Numbered from the stretch's first letter, positions 20,529-30,766 are shown. The stretch is 64,000 nt of DNA from Methanomethylovorans hollandica DSM 15978 (GCF_000328665.1 NC_019977.1:620001-684000), one strand, 5' to 3'. The notes: a model not told the origin generated them from the sequence alone. A program made the numbers and translations.

Positions 20529-22670
20529 ATGAGTGATAATAGCGTTAATTGGATTGCCAACTTCATCTGGGGTATTGCAGACGACGTGCTGCGTGATCTG
20601 TATGTGCGTGGAAAGTACCGCGATGTCGTTTTACCGATGACCGTCCTGCGGCGCCTGGATGCGGTGCTTGAGCCAACTAAGCAAAATGTGCTTGATATGA
20701 AATCCACGCTCGATAACGCGGGCATCACGAACCAGGACCAGGCCTTGCGCCAGGCGGCCGGCCAGGCATTTTACAATACATCACAATTCACTCTGCGTGA
20801 CCTGCGCTCCCGTGCCAGCCAGCAACAGCTCAAGGCAGACTTTGAGGCGTATCTGGATGGCTTTTCACCCAATGTACAGGAGATCCTGGACAACTTCGAG
20901 TTCCGCAACCAGATTCCCCGGCTTTCCAAAGCGGATGCATTGGGTAAGTTGATCGAGAAATTCCTGGACCCTTCCATTAACCTCAGTCCGAATCCGGTGC
21001 TGAACGGCGATGGCTCGGTAAAGCATCCGGGACCGGATAACCATGCCATGGGTACGATCTTTGAGGAACTTGTGAGAAGGTTTAACGAAGAGAACAACGA
21101 AGAGGCAGGTGAGCACTGGACACCCCGCGATGCTGTGAAGCTCATGGCAAACCTGATCTTCCTGCCGATTGCTGATGACATAGAATCCGGCACTTACCTG
21201 CTCTATGATGGTGCCTGCGGTACCGGTGGCATGCTCACCGTAGCTGAAGAGACGCTGCTGCAGCTATCCCAGGAACATGGCAAGCAAGTGGCTACACACC
21301 TGTATGGCCAGGAGATCAACGCAGAGACATACGCCATTGCCAAGGCAGACTTCCTGCTTAAAGGCGAAGGCGATGCAGCTGATAATCTTGTGGGAGGGCC
21401 AGAGCACTCCACCCTTGCCAATGATGCTTTCCCTGCGCGTGAGTTCGACTTCATGCTTTCCAATCCACCGTATGGCAAGAGCTGGAAAAGTGATCTGGAG
21501 CGTATGGGTGGCAAGGATGGGATCAAGGACCCGCGTTTTGTCATCGAGCATGCCGGTGACCCTGAGTATTCACTGCTTACCCGTTCCAGTGACGGTCAGA
21601 TGCTGTTCCTGGCGAACATGCTCTCTAAAATGAAGCGTAATACTAAGCTTGGCAGTCGCATTGCCGAGGTGCATAACGGTTCTTCCCTGTTCACAGGGGA
21701 TGCCGGACAGGGTGAGAGCAACATCCGCCGCTGGATCATCGAGAACGACTGGCTGGAAGCCATTGTGGCTCTGCCTCTTAACATGTTCTACAACACGGGC
21801 ATTGCTACGTATATCTGGGTGCTCGGTAACCGCAAGCCTGAGCACAGGCGTGGTAAAGTGCAGCTCATCGATGCCACGCAGTGGTATAAGCCACTGCGTA
21901 AGAATCTGGGCAAGAAGAACTGCGAGCTTTCTGATGAGGATATCAAAAAGATATGCGACACTTTCCTCGCCTTTGAGGAGTCAGAGCAGTCTAAGATCTT
22001 CCCCAATGCAGCTTTTGGTTACTGGAAGGTCACTGTGGAAAGGCCACTGCGCCTCACTGTGGACCTCGGAGAAAAATCCCGGGAGGTGTTCCGCAAGTCC
22101 TGTGGTACGGGGGAGGAACAGCTGGCAGGTCTCATTGATAAGGCTGCGGAGAAGCTTGGGTCTGGTTCGCATAATGATTTCAATGTGTTCATTTCCGCGC
22201 TTGAAGCAATGGCCAGTGGATTTGGTGTCAAGCTTACTGCCAAACGTCAGAAGCTTGTGCAGAACAGCCTTGCACAGCGCGATGAAAGTGCAGAGAGGGT
22301 TGTTTCAAAGGTCCACAGATTGGGTAAAACCGAGGCTGACCCGCTGAAAGGATTATTTGAAGCTACTGTGAACGGGAAACATGTTGTAGTGGAATATGAA
22401 CCCGACAGTGAACTGAGAGATACGGAACAGATACCACTGATGGAAGAAGGCGGCATCGAGTCATTCATACGCCGGGAAGTGCTGCCTCACGCTGCAGATG
22501 CGTGGATAGATGAGTCCAGCGTCAAGGTAGGATACGAGGTCAGCTTCACCCGGTATTTCTACAAGCCTCAGCCTATGCGTTCGCTGGAAGAGATCCGGGC
22601 AGATATCCTGGCACTGGAAAAGGAAACGGACGGGTTGCTGGCGGAGATCATAGGAAAGGGGAATGCATGA
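20529..22670 (+). CDS. hsdM: Type I RM methyltransferase subunit M (m6A)
   Basis: AGEHWTPR, DGACGTGGML, GQEIN, SNPPY. Confidence 0.95.
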   Translation: MSDNSVNWIANFIWGIADDVLRDLYVRGKYRDVVLPMTVLRRLDAVLEPTKQNVLDMKSTLDNAGITNQDQALRQAAGQAFYNTSQFTLRDLRSRASQQQLKADFEAYLDGFSPNVQEILDNFEFRNQIPRLSKADALGKLIEKFLDPSINLSPNPVLNGDGSVKHPGPDNHAMGTIFEELVRRFNEENNEEAGEHWTPRDAVKLMANLIFLPIADDIESGTYLLYDGACGTGGMLTVAEETLLQLSQEHGKQVATHLYGQEINAETYAIAKADFLLKGEGDAADNLVGGPEHSTLANDAFPAREFDFMLSNPPYGKSWKSDLERMGGKDGIKDPRFVIEHAGDPEYSLLTRSSDGQMLFLANMLSKMKRNTKLGSRIAEVHNGSSLFTGDAGQGESNIRRWIIENDWLEAIVALPLNMFYNTGIATYIWVLGNRKPEHRRGKVQLIDATQWYKPLRKNLGKKNCELSDEDIKKICDTFLAFEESEQSKIFPNAAFGYWKVTVERPLRLTVDLGEKSREVFRKSCGTGEEQLAGLIDKAAEKLGSGSHNDFNVFISALEAMASGFGVKLTAKRQKLVQNSLAQRDESAERVVSKVHRLGKTEADPLKGLFEATVNGKHVVVEYEPDSELRDTEQIPLMEEGGIESFIRREVLPHAADAWIDESSVKVGYEVSFTRYFYKPQPMRSLEEIRADILALEKETDGLLAEIIGKGNA

Positions 22671-22815
22671 CGATATCCTCGAAGGCAGATGCCTTCAGAT
22701 CAATGCTCATTTTGTGCAACTACCCGTTGCACAAATGTACTTTAGCCAAAGAATTTGATCTCATAATTTGGGAGTTGCTGACTCCCGGATGCAGTCCACA
22801 CAGGGAGATTTTATA

Positions 22816-23259
22816 ATGACTGACAAAAAGAACCGGAAGCCAGTTCCAGATAAGTCCCTGCATCCAGATGAGTGTATCACTATGAACACGCATAATGTGG
22901 CAACCTTTGATTTCAGTAACCTCGTGGATGCCATCCGGCAGGTGTATGAGAAATGTGCTGCACAGGCTTCTAAGGCAGTGAACATTAATCTCACACTCCG
23001 AAACTGGGTCATTGGATGTTATATTTACGAATATGAACAAAAAGGAGCTGACCGGGCCAGTTACGGACAGAACCTGTTACCCAGGCTGAGTGTGAGGCTT
23101 CGGGAAACAGCAGCCATCAAATATCATTTCCGCGAGCTGGGACGTTGCAGAGAGTTCTATCTGGCCTATCCGGAAATTGGGGGGACGCTGCCCCCACAAT
23201 TTGTAAAGCTGATCTCATCGGAAATTAAGCAATCAATTTTTGGAGGTATGGGATCATAA
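22816..23259 (+). CDS. YhcG/DUF1016 N-terminal domain only (truncated)
   Basis: ASKAVNINLTLRNWVIGCYIYEYEQKGADRASYG...REFYLAYP; PD-(D/E)XK half absent. Confidence 0.75.
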   Translation: MTDKKNRKPVPDKSLHPDECITMNTHNVATFDFSNLVDAIRQVYEKCAAQASKAVNINLTLRNWVIGCYIYEYEQKGADRASYGQNLLPRLSVRLRETAAIKYHFRELGRCREFYLAYPEIGGTLPPQFVKLISSEIKQSIFGGMGS

Positions 23260-24062
23260 CTCAGGTTATCTTTTTTCCAGAAAACCAGATTGAAAAACTC
23301 TCCAGATTGCTTGCCAAATGTGGCTCTGGAACAGATATTTCCCGTGTCCTTACGTATTGTAAACTTAAAGATAATTCAGGCGAATCCACAAAATGGAGCC
23401 GTCTTTGTTGGGTGTTCCTTGATTCGCAGAATCAATACAAGTCTGCTAATCATATTCTTAGATTCATTGAATCCTTTCTAAGTCCGGTTCGCTTTGTTGG
23501 CCGTAGTGAGGAGTTCGAGGTTCATCGGCAGCATCTTAATGCAATACTAGCTTTCTCTGGTCTGGAATATGGAACGGATGGTAAGTTTAGGCAGTGTAAT
23601 ACTGCACGTACGCTAGATGAAGCTGAAAAGAGGCTAAATACCATTCATAATAAATTTAAGGGACGACTTCTACATACAGAAGTTCTGAAGTACTGCAAAG
23701 TTGAGCTTTTACAGGACAATTATTTCCATGCCGTCTTTGAGGCAATGAAAGGGCTAGCACAACGAATTCGTGAAATGTCAGGTGTAGATCTGGATGGTGC
23801 AGCACTTGTGGACAAGGTTTTTTCGGTTGAAAAACCAATTCTTGCGATGAATTCTTTACGGACTGAAACCGAAAAATCAGAACACAAGGGTTTTGCATCA
23901 CTTTTAAAAGGTTGTTTTACAGCTGTAAGGAATCCTTTAGCTCATGAACCAAAGATTCTATGGGAAGGTGAGGACGATGCAGCGGATTACCTTTCTTTAA
24001 TTTCACTGTTGCATAGAAAACTCGATGATTGCGTGCCAGTAAACGTGGGGAGTGGTGCTTAA
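23256..24062 (+). CDS. TIGR02391 (Ymh/AbiJ-associated)-like protein; apparent ATA start
   Basis: LHTEVLKYC...NYFHAVFEAMKGL...RNPLAHE; frame open back to ATA at 23256 with GGAGGT RBS. Confidence 0.8.
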   Translation: MTQVIFFPENQIEKLSRLLAKCGSGTDISRVLTYCKLKDNSGESTKWSRLCWVFLDSQNQYKSANHILRFIESFLSPVRFVGRSEEFEVHRQHLNAILAFSGLEYGTDGKFRQCNTARTLDEAEKRLNTIHNKFKGRLLHTEVLKYCKVELLQDNYFHAVFEAMKGLAQRIREMSGVDLDGAALVDKVFSVEKPILAMNSLRTETEKSEHKGFASLLKGCFTAVRNPLAHEPKILWEGEDDAADYLSLISLLHRKLDDCVPVNVGSGA

Positions 24063-25495
24063 TGATTCATGACCTGAAGCCGTATGCTGCGTACAAGGAT
24101 TCTGGCGTGCCATGGCTGGGACAGGTGCCGGAGCATTGGGAGTTTGAACGTGCCAGATGGTTGTTCCAGAAAATGAATCGTCCTACCAGAGAAGATGATG
24201 ATGTAGTTACATGTTTCCGTGATGGGATTGTAACTTTAAGAAAAAACAGACGTGTTCGTGGCTTCACTGAATCATTGAAGGAGATTGGGTATCAGGGTGT
24301 GCGGCGTGGAGACTTGGTAATTCATGCAATGGATGCTTTCGCAGGTGCAATTGGTGTTTCAGATTCAGATGGAAAATGTACTCCAGTGTATTCGGTCTGT
24401 CAACCTTGTGGGGATGCAAACTCATACTATTATTCGTACATTGTTCGTGAAATGGCACGTTCCCAGTGGATTATGGCTCTAGCTAAGGGTATTCGTGAAA
24501 GATCAACTGATTTTCGATACGATGGTTTTGCGTCTCAACGTGTTCCCCTTCCACCTCTTTCCGAACAATCCTCCATCGTCCGCTACCTCGATTACATGGA
24601 CCGGCGCATCAGGCGCTACATCCATGCCAAGCAGAAGCTGATCAAGCTGCTGGAAGAGCAGAAGCAGGCCATCATCCACCGCGCTGTCACTCGAGGGCTG
24701 GACCCGAATGTGAAGCTGAAGCCATCGGGTGTGGAATGGCTGGGGGATGTGCCGGAGGGTTGGGAAGTGAAACGGCTGAAATACTTAGTTACAAAGTTAG
24801 AAGTAGGCATTCAAATGGGACCATTTGGTTCATCTCTCACTCAACTCGAAGATTCTGACACCGGCTTCAAGCTCTATGGACAAGAGAATACCATTAGCGG
24901 TGATTTTTCAAAAGGCAGAAGATGGCTTACTCCTCAACAGTTCAATTCTTTGAAACGTTATGAATTGTTGCCAGGAGACTTGGTTTTGACTCGAAAGGGG
25001 AGCATAGGTAAATGCAGAATTGTACCTCCAAATGCTTCAAAGGGTGTTGCAGATTCTGATACAATAAGAGTTCGATTGGATTCTCAACAAGTTCTTTCTC
25101 TATTTATAGAAATGTTGTTACATGATGCTCCCTATGTAAAAAGACAGATTGAAGCCGTTAGAAGAGGTGCGATTCTTGGCGGCCTGAATACATCAACAAT
25201 TGCAAATCTCTGTCTTGTAGTTCCTCCGCTTATAGTACAAAAGCAGATATTTGAATACATAGTGGAACATATTACAAAAATTACTACTACAAGACTTGAA
25301 ATTGAGCGTGATATCGCCCTCCTGCGTGAATACCGCACCCGCCTTATTGCTGATGTTGTGACCGGGAAGCTGGATATGAGGGAAGCAGCAGCGAGCCTGC
25401 CAGATGAGGTGGAAGAGCCGGAGGTGCTTGAGGATGAGTTGGATGAGGGAGAAGAAGGTACTATAACTGAGGATACATCGGAAGGTGAACTATGA
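24062..25495 (+). CDS. hsdS: Type I RM specificity subunit S
   Basis: Repeated YKDSGVPWLGQVPEHW / LKPSGVEWLGDVPEGW, PPLSEQ, LIADVVTGK; two TRDs; acidic tail. Confidence 0.93.
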   Translation: MIHDLKPYAAYKDSGVPWLGQVPEHWEFERARWLFQKMNRPTREDDDVVTCFRDGIVTLRKNRRVRGFTESLKEIGYQGVRRGDLVIHAMDAFAGAIGVSDSDGKCTPVYSVCQPCGDANSYYYSYIVREMARSQWIMALAKGIRERSTDFRYDGFASQRVPLPPLSEQSSIVRYLDYMDRRIRRYIHAKQKLIKLLEEQKQAIIHRAVTRGLDPNVKLKPSGVEWLGDVPEGWEVKRLKYLVTKLEVGIQMGPFGSSLTQLEDSDTGFKLYGQENTISGDFSKGRRWLTPQQFNSLKRYELLPGDLVLTRKGSIGKCRIVPPNASKGVADSDTIRVRLDSQQVLSLFIEMLLHDAPYVKRQIEAVRRGAILGGLNTSTIANLCLVVPPLIVQKQIFEYIVEHITKITTTRLEIERDIALLREYRTRLIADVVTGKLDMREAAASLPDEVEEPEVLEDELDEGEEGTITEDTSEGEL

Positions 25496-26151
25496 GTATC
25501 AAACTTACTGAAGAAGAAACAGATTTTCGAGATAAAATCGAAAAACTCATGGTACAAATAAAGGAGCAGTTGAAGGAATCTCGCATGGATGAAGAAGTGC
25601 AGGACCTTATTAATAAAATGGGAGATTACGCCTTCCAACTTCATGAGTCTCTTAAATCACGAGGTTTCGAGCCTAAACATCATAAATACATGATTAAGAA
25701 TCGCGGTGTTCAACCGGATAATCCTCAATTTTATATGCATGTTCATCCTGTTGAAGATTTGTTAGCTTTTATTGAAGATGTACATGCAAATGATGAACCT
25801 GAAGACAAAACACTTGGTATAGAATTTGAGTTTTGTGTCTATTCACGACGCTTAAAATCCGAAGATTCATACCAGATAATACGAACAGAAGTTGGTTGGT
25901 ATGTGAACAATATATCTATTGGTGGTCAGTGTAATAAAGGAGGAATTCCGTTCCTGTTCAATAATTTTGATCATGATTCAATAGAGTACCCCGTTGGTCT
26001 TGACGGCTGGTTGGAGTGGCTGTGGGAACGAGCAGCTCTTCAGGGTCTAACGAAAGAGCAGGTTCAAGATTCTTTAAATAAACTTGCCGGTTGGGTTAGT
26101 AATACAGAAAGGAGTGCACCGTCGGGTGGAGTGTGGGAGGGTTACTCTTGA
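25492..26151 (+). CDS. Hypothetical protein with C-terminal VCH_CASS14-like (integron cassette) domain
   Basis: VYSRR...YQIIRTEVGWYV...G.C.K.G.PFLF.NFDHDSIEYP...LEWLW recalled as the CASS14 pattern; ATGA overlap with hsdS. Confidence 0.6.
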   Translation: MSIKLTEEETDFRDKIEKLMVQIKEQLKESRMDEEVQDLINKMGDYAFQLHESLKSRGFEPKHHKYMIKNRGVQPDNPQFYMHVHPVEDLLAFIEDVHANDEPEDKTLGIEFEFCVYSRRLKSEDSYQIIRTEVGWYVNNISIGGQCNKGGIPFLFNNFDHDSIEYPVGLDGWLEWLWERAALQGLTKEQVQDSLNKLAGWVSNTERSAPSGGVWEGYS

Positions 26152-26858
26152 GCAGGGGAATTAAAGATATAGATAAAACCGGTGTAATTACTTTTTTGGA
26201 TGTACTTGGATGGAAAGGCATCTATGGAAGAAAGTCAAACCCAATTGACACGTTGGAGCTACTTCTTGATGAAATCTCTACCTTAAAAACACAATTAAGG
26301 GGCAAAATTAGTAACATGAGTTATGATGTGAATACAAAGAGTATCTCTGACACAATTGTGTTGTTCACTCCTTGTAGTGAAATAGAAGCTCCTGTAGTTA
26401 TAAACCTCCATGGAGCTCACTGCCAGAGGATTATACCTAGATCAATTGAATTGGGAATTCCGGTAAGAGGTGCTATTTCCTTTGGAGAATATGAAAATAT
26501 AAAGAATATTTTTGTTGGTAAGGCAGTTGATGAAGCAGCTTCATGGCACGAGCAAGCAGATTGGATAGGAGTTCAATTAACTCCTTCAGCAGAATACCTT
26601 TTAGATAGGAAGAAAATTGATGACGTATGGGTTGAATTTACTCCGGCAACTAAAGCTTCCTTGAAATGGAAATCACACTGTGTTAACTGGACAGTTGATT
26701 GGCAAGATCGAAATGGTGAGATTAATCAAATTAAGAGAAAGTTGTGGCAACTTGGTCCAATATTACCAGAGATTGCTGGCAAATTCATCAACACTTTGGA
26801 ATTTATTGAAAAAATAGGTCAGAATGCCTCAAGCTTGAAAGCTGAGGAAGAAACATGA
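26148..26858 (+). CDS. Divergent class III nucleotide cyclase-like protein
   Basis: FLDVLGW (Asp1), SISDTIV (Asp2), VRGAISFG, FVGKAVDEAA; TTGA overlap upstream with GGAGG RBS, ATGA overlap with hsdR. Confidence 0.65.
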   Translation: MSRGIKDIDKTGVITFLDVLGWKGIYGRKSNPIDTLELLLDEISTLKTQLRGKISNMSYDVNTKSISDTIVLFTPCSEIEAPVVINLHGAHCQRIIPRSIELGIPVRGAISFGEYENIKNIFVGKAVDEAASWHEQADWIGVQLTPSAEYLLDRKKIDDVWVEFTPATKASLKWKSHCVNWTVDWQDRNGEINQIKRKLWQLGPILPEIAGKFINTLEFIEKIGQNASSLKAEEET

Positions 26859-29821
26859 ATACCGATACCACTGAAAAGGGTCTTGAGAGTCTCATTGTAA
26901 CTACAATGACAGGAAATATCCCTTCACCATCTGATATCATCCACGATGCAAGTTCACTATACGGCGGTACCGGCTGGCATCTTGGACGGTGGCAGGACTA
27001 CGACCGCCAGTATGCGGTGGATCTGGTACATCTTACGGCTTTCCTTAAAAGTACTCAGCCTGATATCGTGGAGGCACTTGACCTTGACAATGCCAGTCCC
27101 ACAAGGCACAAGTTCCTCGCCCGGTTGCAGGGTGAGATCACAAAACGCGGTATCATTGATGTGCTGCGCCATGGCATCAAGCACGGTCCTCATCACATTG
27201 ATCTGTTCTATGGCACTCCTACTCCCGGTAACACCAAGGCCGAGGAACTCTATGCTTTGAACCGTTTTACTGTCACAAGACAGCTGCGCTACAGCCGCGA
27301 TGAGACACAGCTTGCCCTGGACCTTGCTCTTTTCATCAATGGCCTGCCAGTAGCCACCTTCGAGCTTAAGAACAGCCTCACCAAGCAGACCGTGGAGGAT
27401 GCGGTGGAGCAGTATAAACGCGACCGTGATTCCCGGGAACTGTTGTTCCTGTTCGGTCGGTGCATTGCTCATTTCGCGGTGGACGATCATGAAGTGCGCT
27501 TCTGCACTCATCTCAAAGGCAAAGGTTCATGGTTTTTGCCCTTCAACCAGGGTTACAATGACGGTGCCGGCAATCCCCCTAACCCCGATGGCCTGAAGAC
27601 CGATTACCTCTGGAAGCGCATCCTGACACCGAAAGGGCTTACCGATATTCTGGAGAACTACGCGCAGATAGTGGAAGAGAAGAACGACAAGACCGGCAAG
27701 AAGAAAGAGGTGCAGATCTTCCCCCGTTACCATCAGCTCGATGTGGTACGCAAGCTCCTCGCCCACGCACAGAATCACGGTGCAGGCACACGCTACCTTA
27801 TCCAGCATTCCGCAGGCAGTGGCAAAAGTAATTCCATTGCATGGCTGGCACACCAGCTTATAGTGCTCAAGAAAGACAACTCAGAGGTATTCGATTCCAT
27901 CATCGTTGTCACAGACCGCCGTATCCTTGACCAGCAGATCCGCGATACAATCAAACAGTTCGCTCAGGTGGGAGCTACCGTAGGCCATGCTGACCACTCC
28001 GGAGACCTGCGCAGGTTCATTGAAAGTGGTAAGAAGATCATCATCACCACGGTCCAGAAGTTTCCCTTCATCCTCGATGAGATCGGCACAGAGCACCGTG
28101 GCCGCAAATTCGCTATCATTATCGATGAAGCCCATTCCAGCCAGGGCGGTCGTACTGCAGCAGCCATGATCGAAGCACTCTCCGATCCCGAAGATACCGT
28201 GAACGATGCCCTGCAAAAACGTATGGAAGCACGCAAGATGCTTCCCAATGCCAGCTACTTTGCTTTTACTGCCACTCCCAAGAACAAGACCCTGGAGCTC
28301 TTCGGCTGGGCCTGCGAGGATGCAGGAGAGGTAAAACACCGTCCTTTCCACAGCTACACCATGAAGCAGGCCATACAGGAAGGCTTCATCCTGGACGTGC
28401 TGCAATACTACACCCCCGTGAACAGCTACTACAAACTCATAAAAACCGTGGAAGGAGATCCCGAATTCGATACTAAAAGGGCAAAGAAGAAGCTTCGTAG
28501 GTACGTCGAGAGCCACGATTATGCCATCCGGCTCAAGGCAGAGATCATGGTGGACCATTTCCACGAACAGGTAATAGCCCTTAACAGGATCGGAGGCCAG
28601 GCACGGGCCATGGTGGTTACCAGCGGTATCGAGCGTGCCATCCGGTATTTCCATGCGTTCAGAGAATATCTGGCCGAGCGCAAGAGCCCGTACCAGGCAA
28701 TAGTTGCCTTTTCAGGTGAGCACGAATACGGGGGTGTGAATGTAACAGAAGCCACCCTCAACGGCTTTCCGAGCAGCCAGATCCCGGACAGGATACAGGA
28801 AGATCCCTATCGATTCCTTATATGTGCCGACAAGTTCCAGACAGGCTATGACGAGCCTCTCCTGCACACCATGTACGTGGACAAGATACTTTCAGGTATA
28901 AAGGCAGTGCAGACCCTTTCCCGGCTCAATCGCTCCCATCCGCAAAAGCATGATGTCTTCGTCCTGGATTTCATGAACGATACTGATACCATACAGTTTT
29001 CGTTCTCGGATTACTACCGCACTACCATTCTCAGCGACGAGACAGACCCCAATAAGTTGCATGATCTCAAGTCAGACATGGACAGCTATCAGGTCTACAC
29101 TCCGCAGCAGATAGAGCAGCTGGTAGAGCTTTATCTGGGTGGTGCCGACCGGGACAAGCTGGACCCCATTCTCGATGCCTGTGTTGCTACGTATAAAGAG
29201 CACCTCGATGAGGACGGACAGGTGGATTTCAAGAGCAAGGCCAAGGCCTTCAACAGAACCTATGGCTTCCTTGCTGCTATACTTCCGTATACCAATGCTG
29301 ACTGGGAAAAGCTCTCCATCTTCCTTAATTTCCTGGTGCCGAAATTACCAGCGCCTATTGAGGAAGATCTTTCAAAAGGTATTCTGGAAGCCATTGATAT
29401 GGATAGCTATCGTGTGGAAAAGCAGGCTGTGATCAAGATCCAGCTGGCAGATGCAGACGGTGTGGTCGAACCCGTTCCTGCAGCCGGTGGTGGATTTAAA
29501 CCCGAACCGGAACTCGAGAGGCTTAGCAATATCCTCAAGACCTTCAATGACCAGTTCGGCAACATCCCCTGGACCCATGCAGACAGGGTGCACCGGCTGA
29601 TAACACAGGATATACCTCAAAAGGTATCAGCAGATACTGCGTATCAAAACGCGAAGCAGAACTCGGATAAACAGAATGCACGCATAGAGCATGATAAAGC
29701 ATTAGCCCGCGTAATGACCGCTGTGCTGAAGGATGACACGGAGCTCTTCAAGCAGTTCAGCGACAATGAATCATTCCGTAAGTGGCTGACGGATACGGTG
29801 TTTGCGCTTACGTACAAGTAA
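26855..29821 (+). CDS. hsdR: Type I RM restriction subunit R
   Basis: DLALFING...ELKN, HSAGSGKS, DEAH, FTATP, DKFQTGYD, QTLSRLNR. Confidence 0.95.
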   Translation: MNTDTTEKGLESLIVTTMTGNIPSPSDIIHDASSLYGGTGWHLGRWQDYDRQYAVDLVHLTAFLKSTQPDIVEALDLDNASPTRHKFLARLQGEITKRGIIDVLRHGIKHGPHHIDLFYGTPTPGNTKAEELYALNRFTVTRQLRYSRDETQLALDLALFINGLPVATFELKNSLTKQTVEDAVEQYKRDRDSRELLFLFGRCIAHFAVDDHEVRFCTHLKGKGSWFLPFNQGYNDGAGNPPNPDGLKTDYLWKRILTPKGLTDILENYAQIVEEKNDKTGKKKEVQIFPRYHQLDVVRKLLAHAQNHGAGTRYLIQHSAGSGKSNSIAWLAHQLIVLKKDNSEVFDSIIVVTDRRILDQQIRDTIKQFAQVGATVGHADHSGDLRRFIESGKKIIITTVQKFPFILDEIGTEHRGRKFAIIIDEAHSSQGGRTAAAMIEALSDPEDTVNDALQKRMEARKMLPNASYFAFTATPKNKTLELFGWACEDAGEVKHRPFHSYTMKQAIQEGFILDVLQYYTPVNSYYKLIKTVEGDPEFDTKRAKKKLRRYVESHDYAIRLKAEIMVDHFHEQVIALNRIGGQARAMVVTSGIERAIRYFHAFREYLAERKSPYQAIVAFSGEHEYGGVNVTEATLNGFPSSQIPDRIQEDPYRFLICADKFQTGYDEPLLHTMYVDKILSGIKAVQTLSRLNRSHPQKHDVFVLDFMNDTDTIQFSFSDYYRTTILSDETDPNKLHDLKSDMDSYQVYTPQQIEQLVELYLGGADRDKLDPILDACVATYKEHLDEDGQVDFKSKAKAFNRTYGFLAAILPYTNADWEKLSIFLNFLVPKLPAPIEEDLSKGILEAIDMDSYRVEKQAVIKIQLADADGVVEPVPAAGGGFKPEPELERLSNILKTFNDQFGNIPWTHADRVHRLITQDIPQKVSADTAYQNAKQNSDKQNARIEHDKALARVMTAVLKDDTELFKQFSDNESFRKWLTDTVFALTYK

Positions 29822-29991
29822 ATTCGTGGACCAGATAAAAAGTGTGCTTGTATTAAGCACACTCTACACATTTTTCTTGTTTTTCCACCCAAACCGCTTG
29901 CCTGTTTCACAGTTTCGTTATCCCATATTTCTTTATCCACAGCTTTTTCTAAATTTCCAGAACAATGCTTCATAATTAGAATCTACTCAGG

Positions 29992-30336
29992 CTATCGATT
30001 TTTTGTGCATAGATGCTTTATATTATATCGCGGGGATCGCATCTTACAGAAACTCATTAACTTCTCGTTAACCTTTGCTTCAATCAGGTCTTGTATTATC
30101 GATTCCGCAAGTTTGGTCAAATCATCATCAGCAGCTTTACTCATCTCCTCAAGTTTAACCGCAGTTTCCATATCCAGGACCATTTTTTCTTTCCTGACTT
30201 CATACTCAATTATACCGTAGGAAGCAATCACCTTCTTTTCGACATCCGCATCGTTTGCAACCGTTTTACGGATGTTTTCCGCCGTCCGAAGATTGAGTCT
30301 ATTATACTTTAATTCATTTTCAATCAACAATTCCAT
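29992..30336 (-). CDS. Hypothetical protein
   Basis: 114-aa ORF with AGG RBS; no family recognised. Confidence 0.5.
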   Translation of the reverse strand: MELLIENELKYNRLNLRTAENIRKTVANDADVEKKVIASYGIIEYEVRKEKMVLDMETAVKLEEMSKAADDDLTKLAESIIQDLIEAKVNEKLMSFCKMRSPRYNIKHLCTKNR

Positions 30337-30481
30337 ATTACTAACCTTTCCCTCACATGAGCATTCAAATTAAATGGCTAATCAGCCTTTACATTCTGTT
30401 TTATATAATATACTCTCAAAGAGTTTAGCTCCCTCCCAAAAGATATATGTTATGAAAAATCATATTCAGATAAGTGATAGT

Positions 30482-30766
30482 ATGATACATGAAGACAGGA
30501 GCAAATTATCAGCAAAGACCCAGGACATGACGAGAGCTATCGATTCACTGAGGGAAGAGCTGGAAGCGGTAGACTGGTACAATCAGAGAGCAGATGCCTG
30601 CACTGACGAGAACCTGAAGAAGATACTGATACACAATGCCAACGAAGAGAAAGAACATGCAGCTATGCTTATGGAATGGATAAGGCAGCATGATGAGAAC
30701 TTTGCCAAGGAGCTGAAAGATTACCTTTTCAGCGAAGAGGCAGACATAGCAAGTCTTGAAGACTAA
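30482..30766 (+). CDS. Encapsulated-ferritin (EncFtn/Flp)-like protein
   Basis: RAIDSLREELEAVDWYNQRADAC...HNANEEKEHAAMLMEWIR. Confidence 0.85.
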   Translation: MIHEDRSKLSAKTQDMTRAIDSLREELEAVDWYNQRADACTDENLKKILIHNANEEKEHAAMLMEWIRQHDENFAKELKDYLFSEEADIASLED

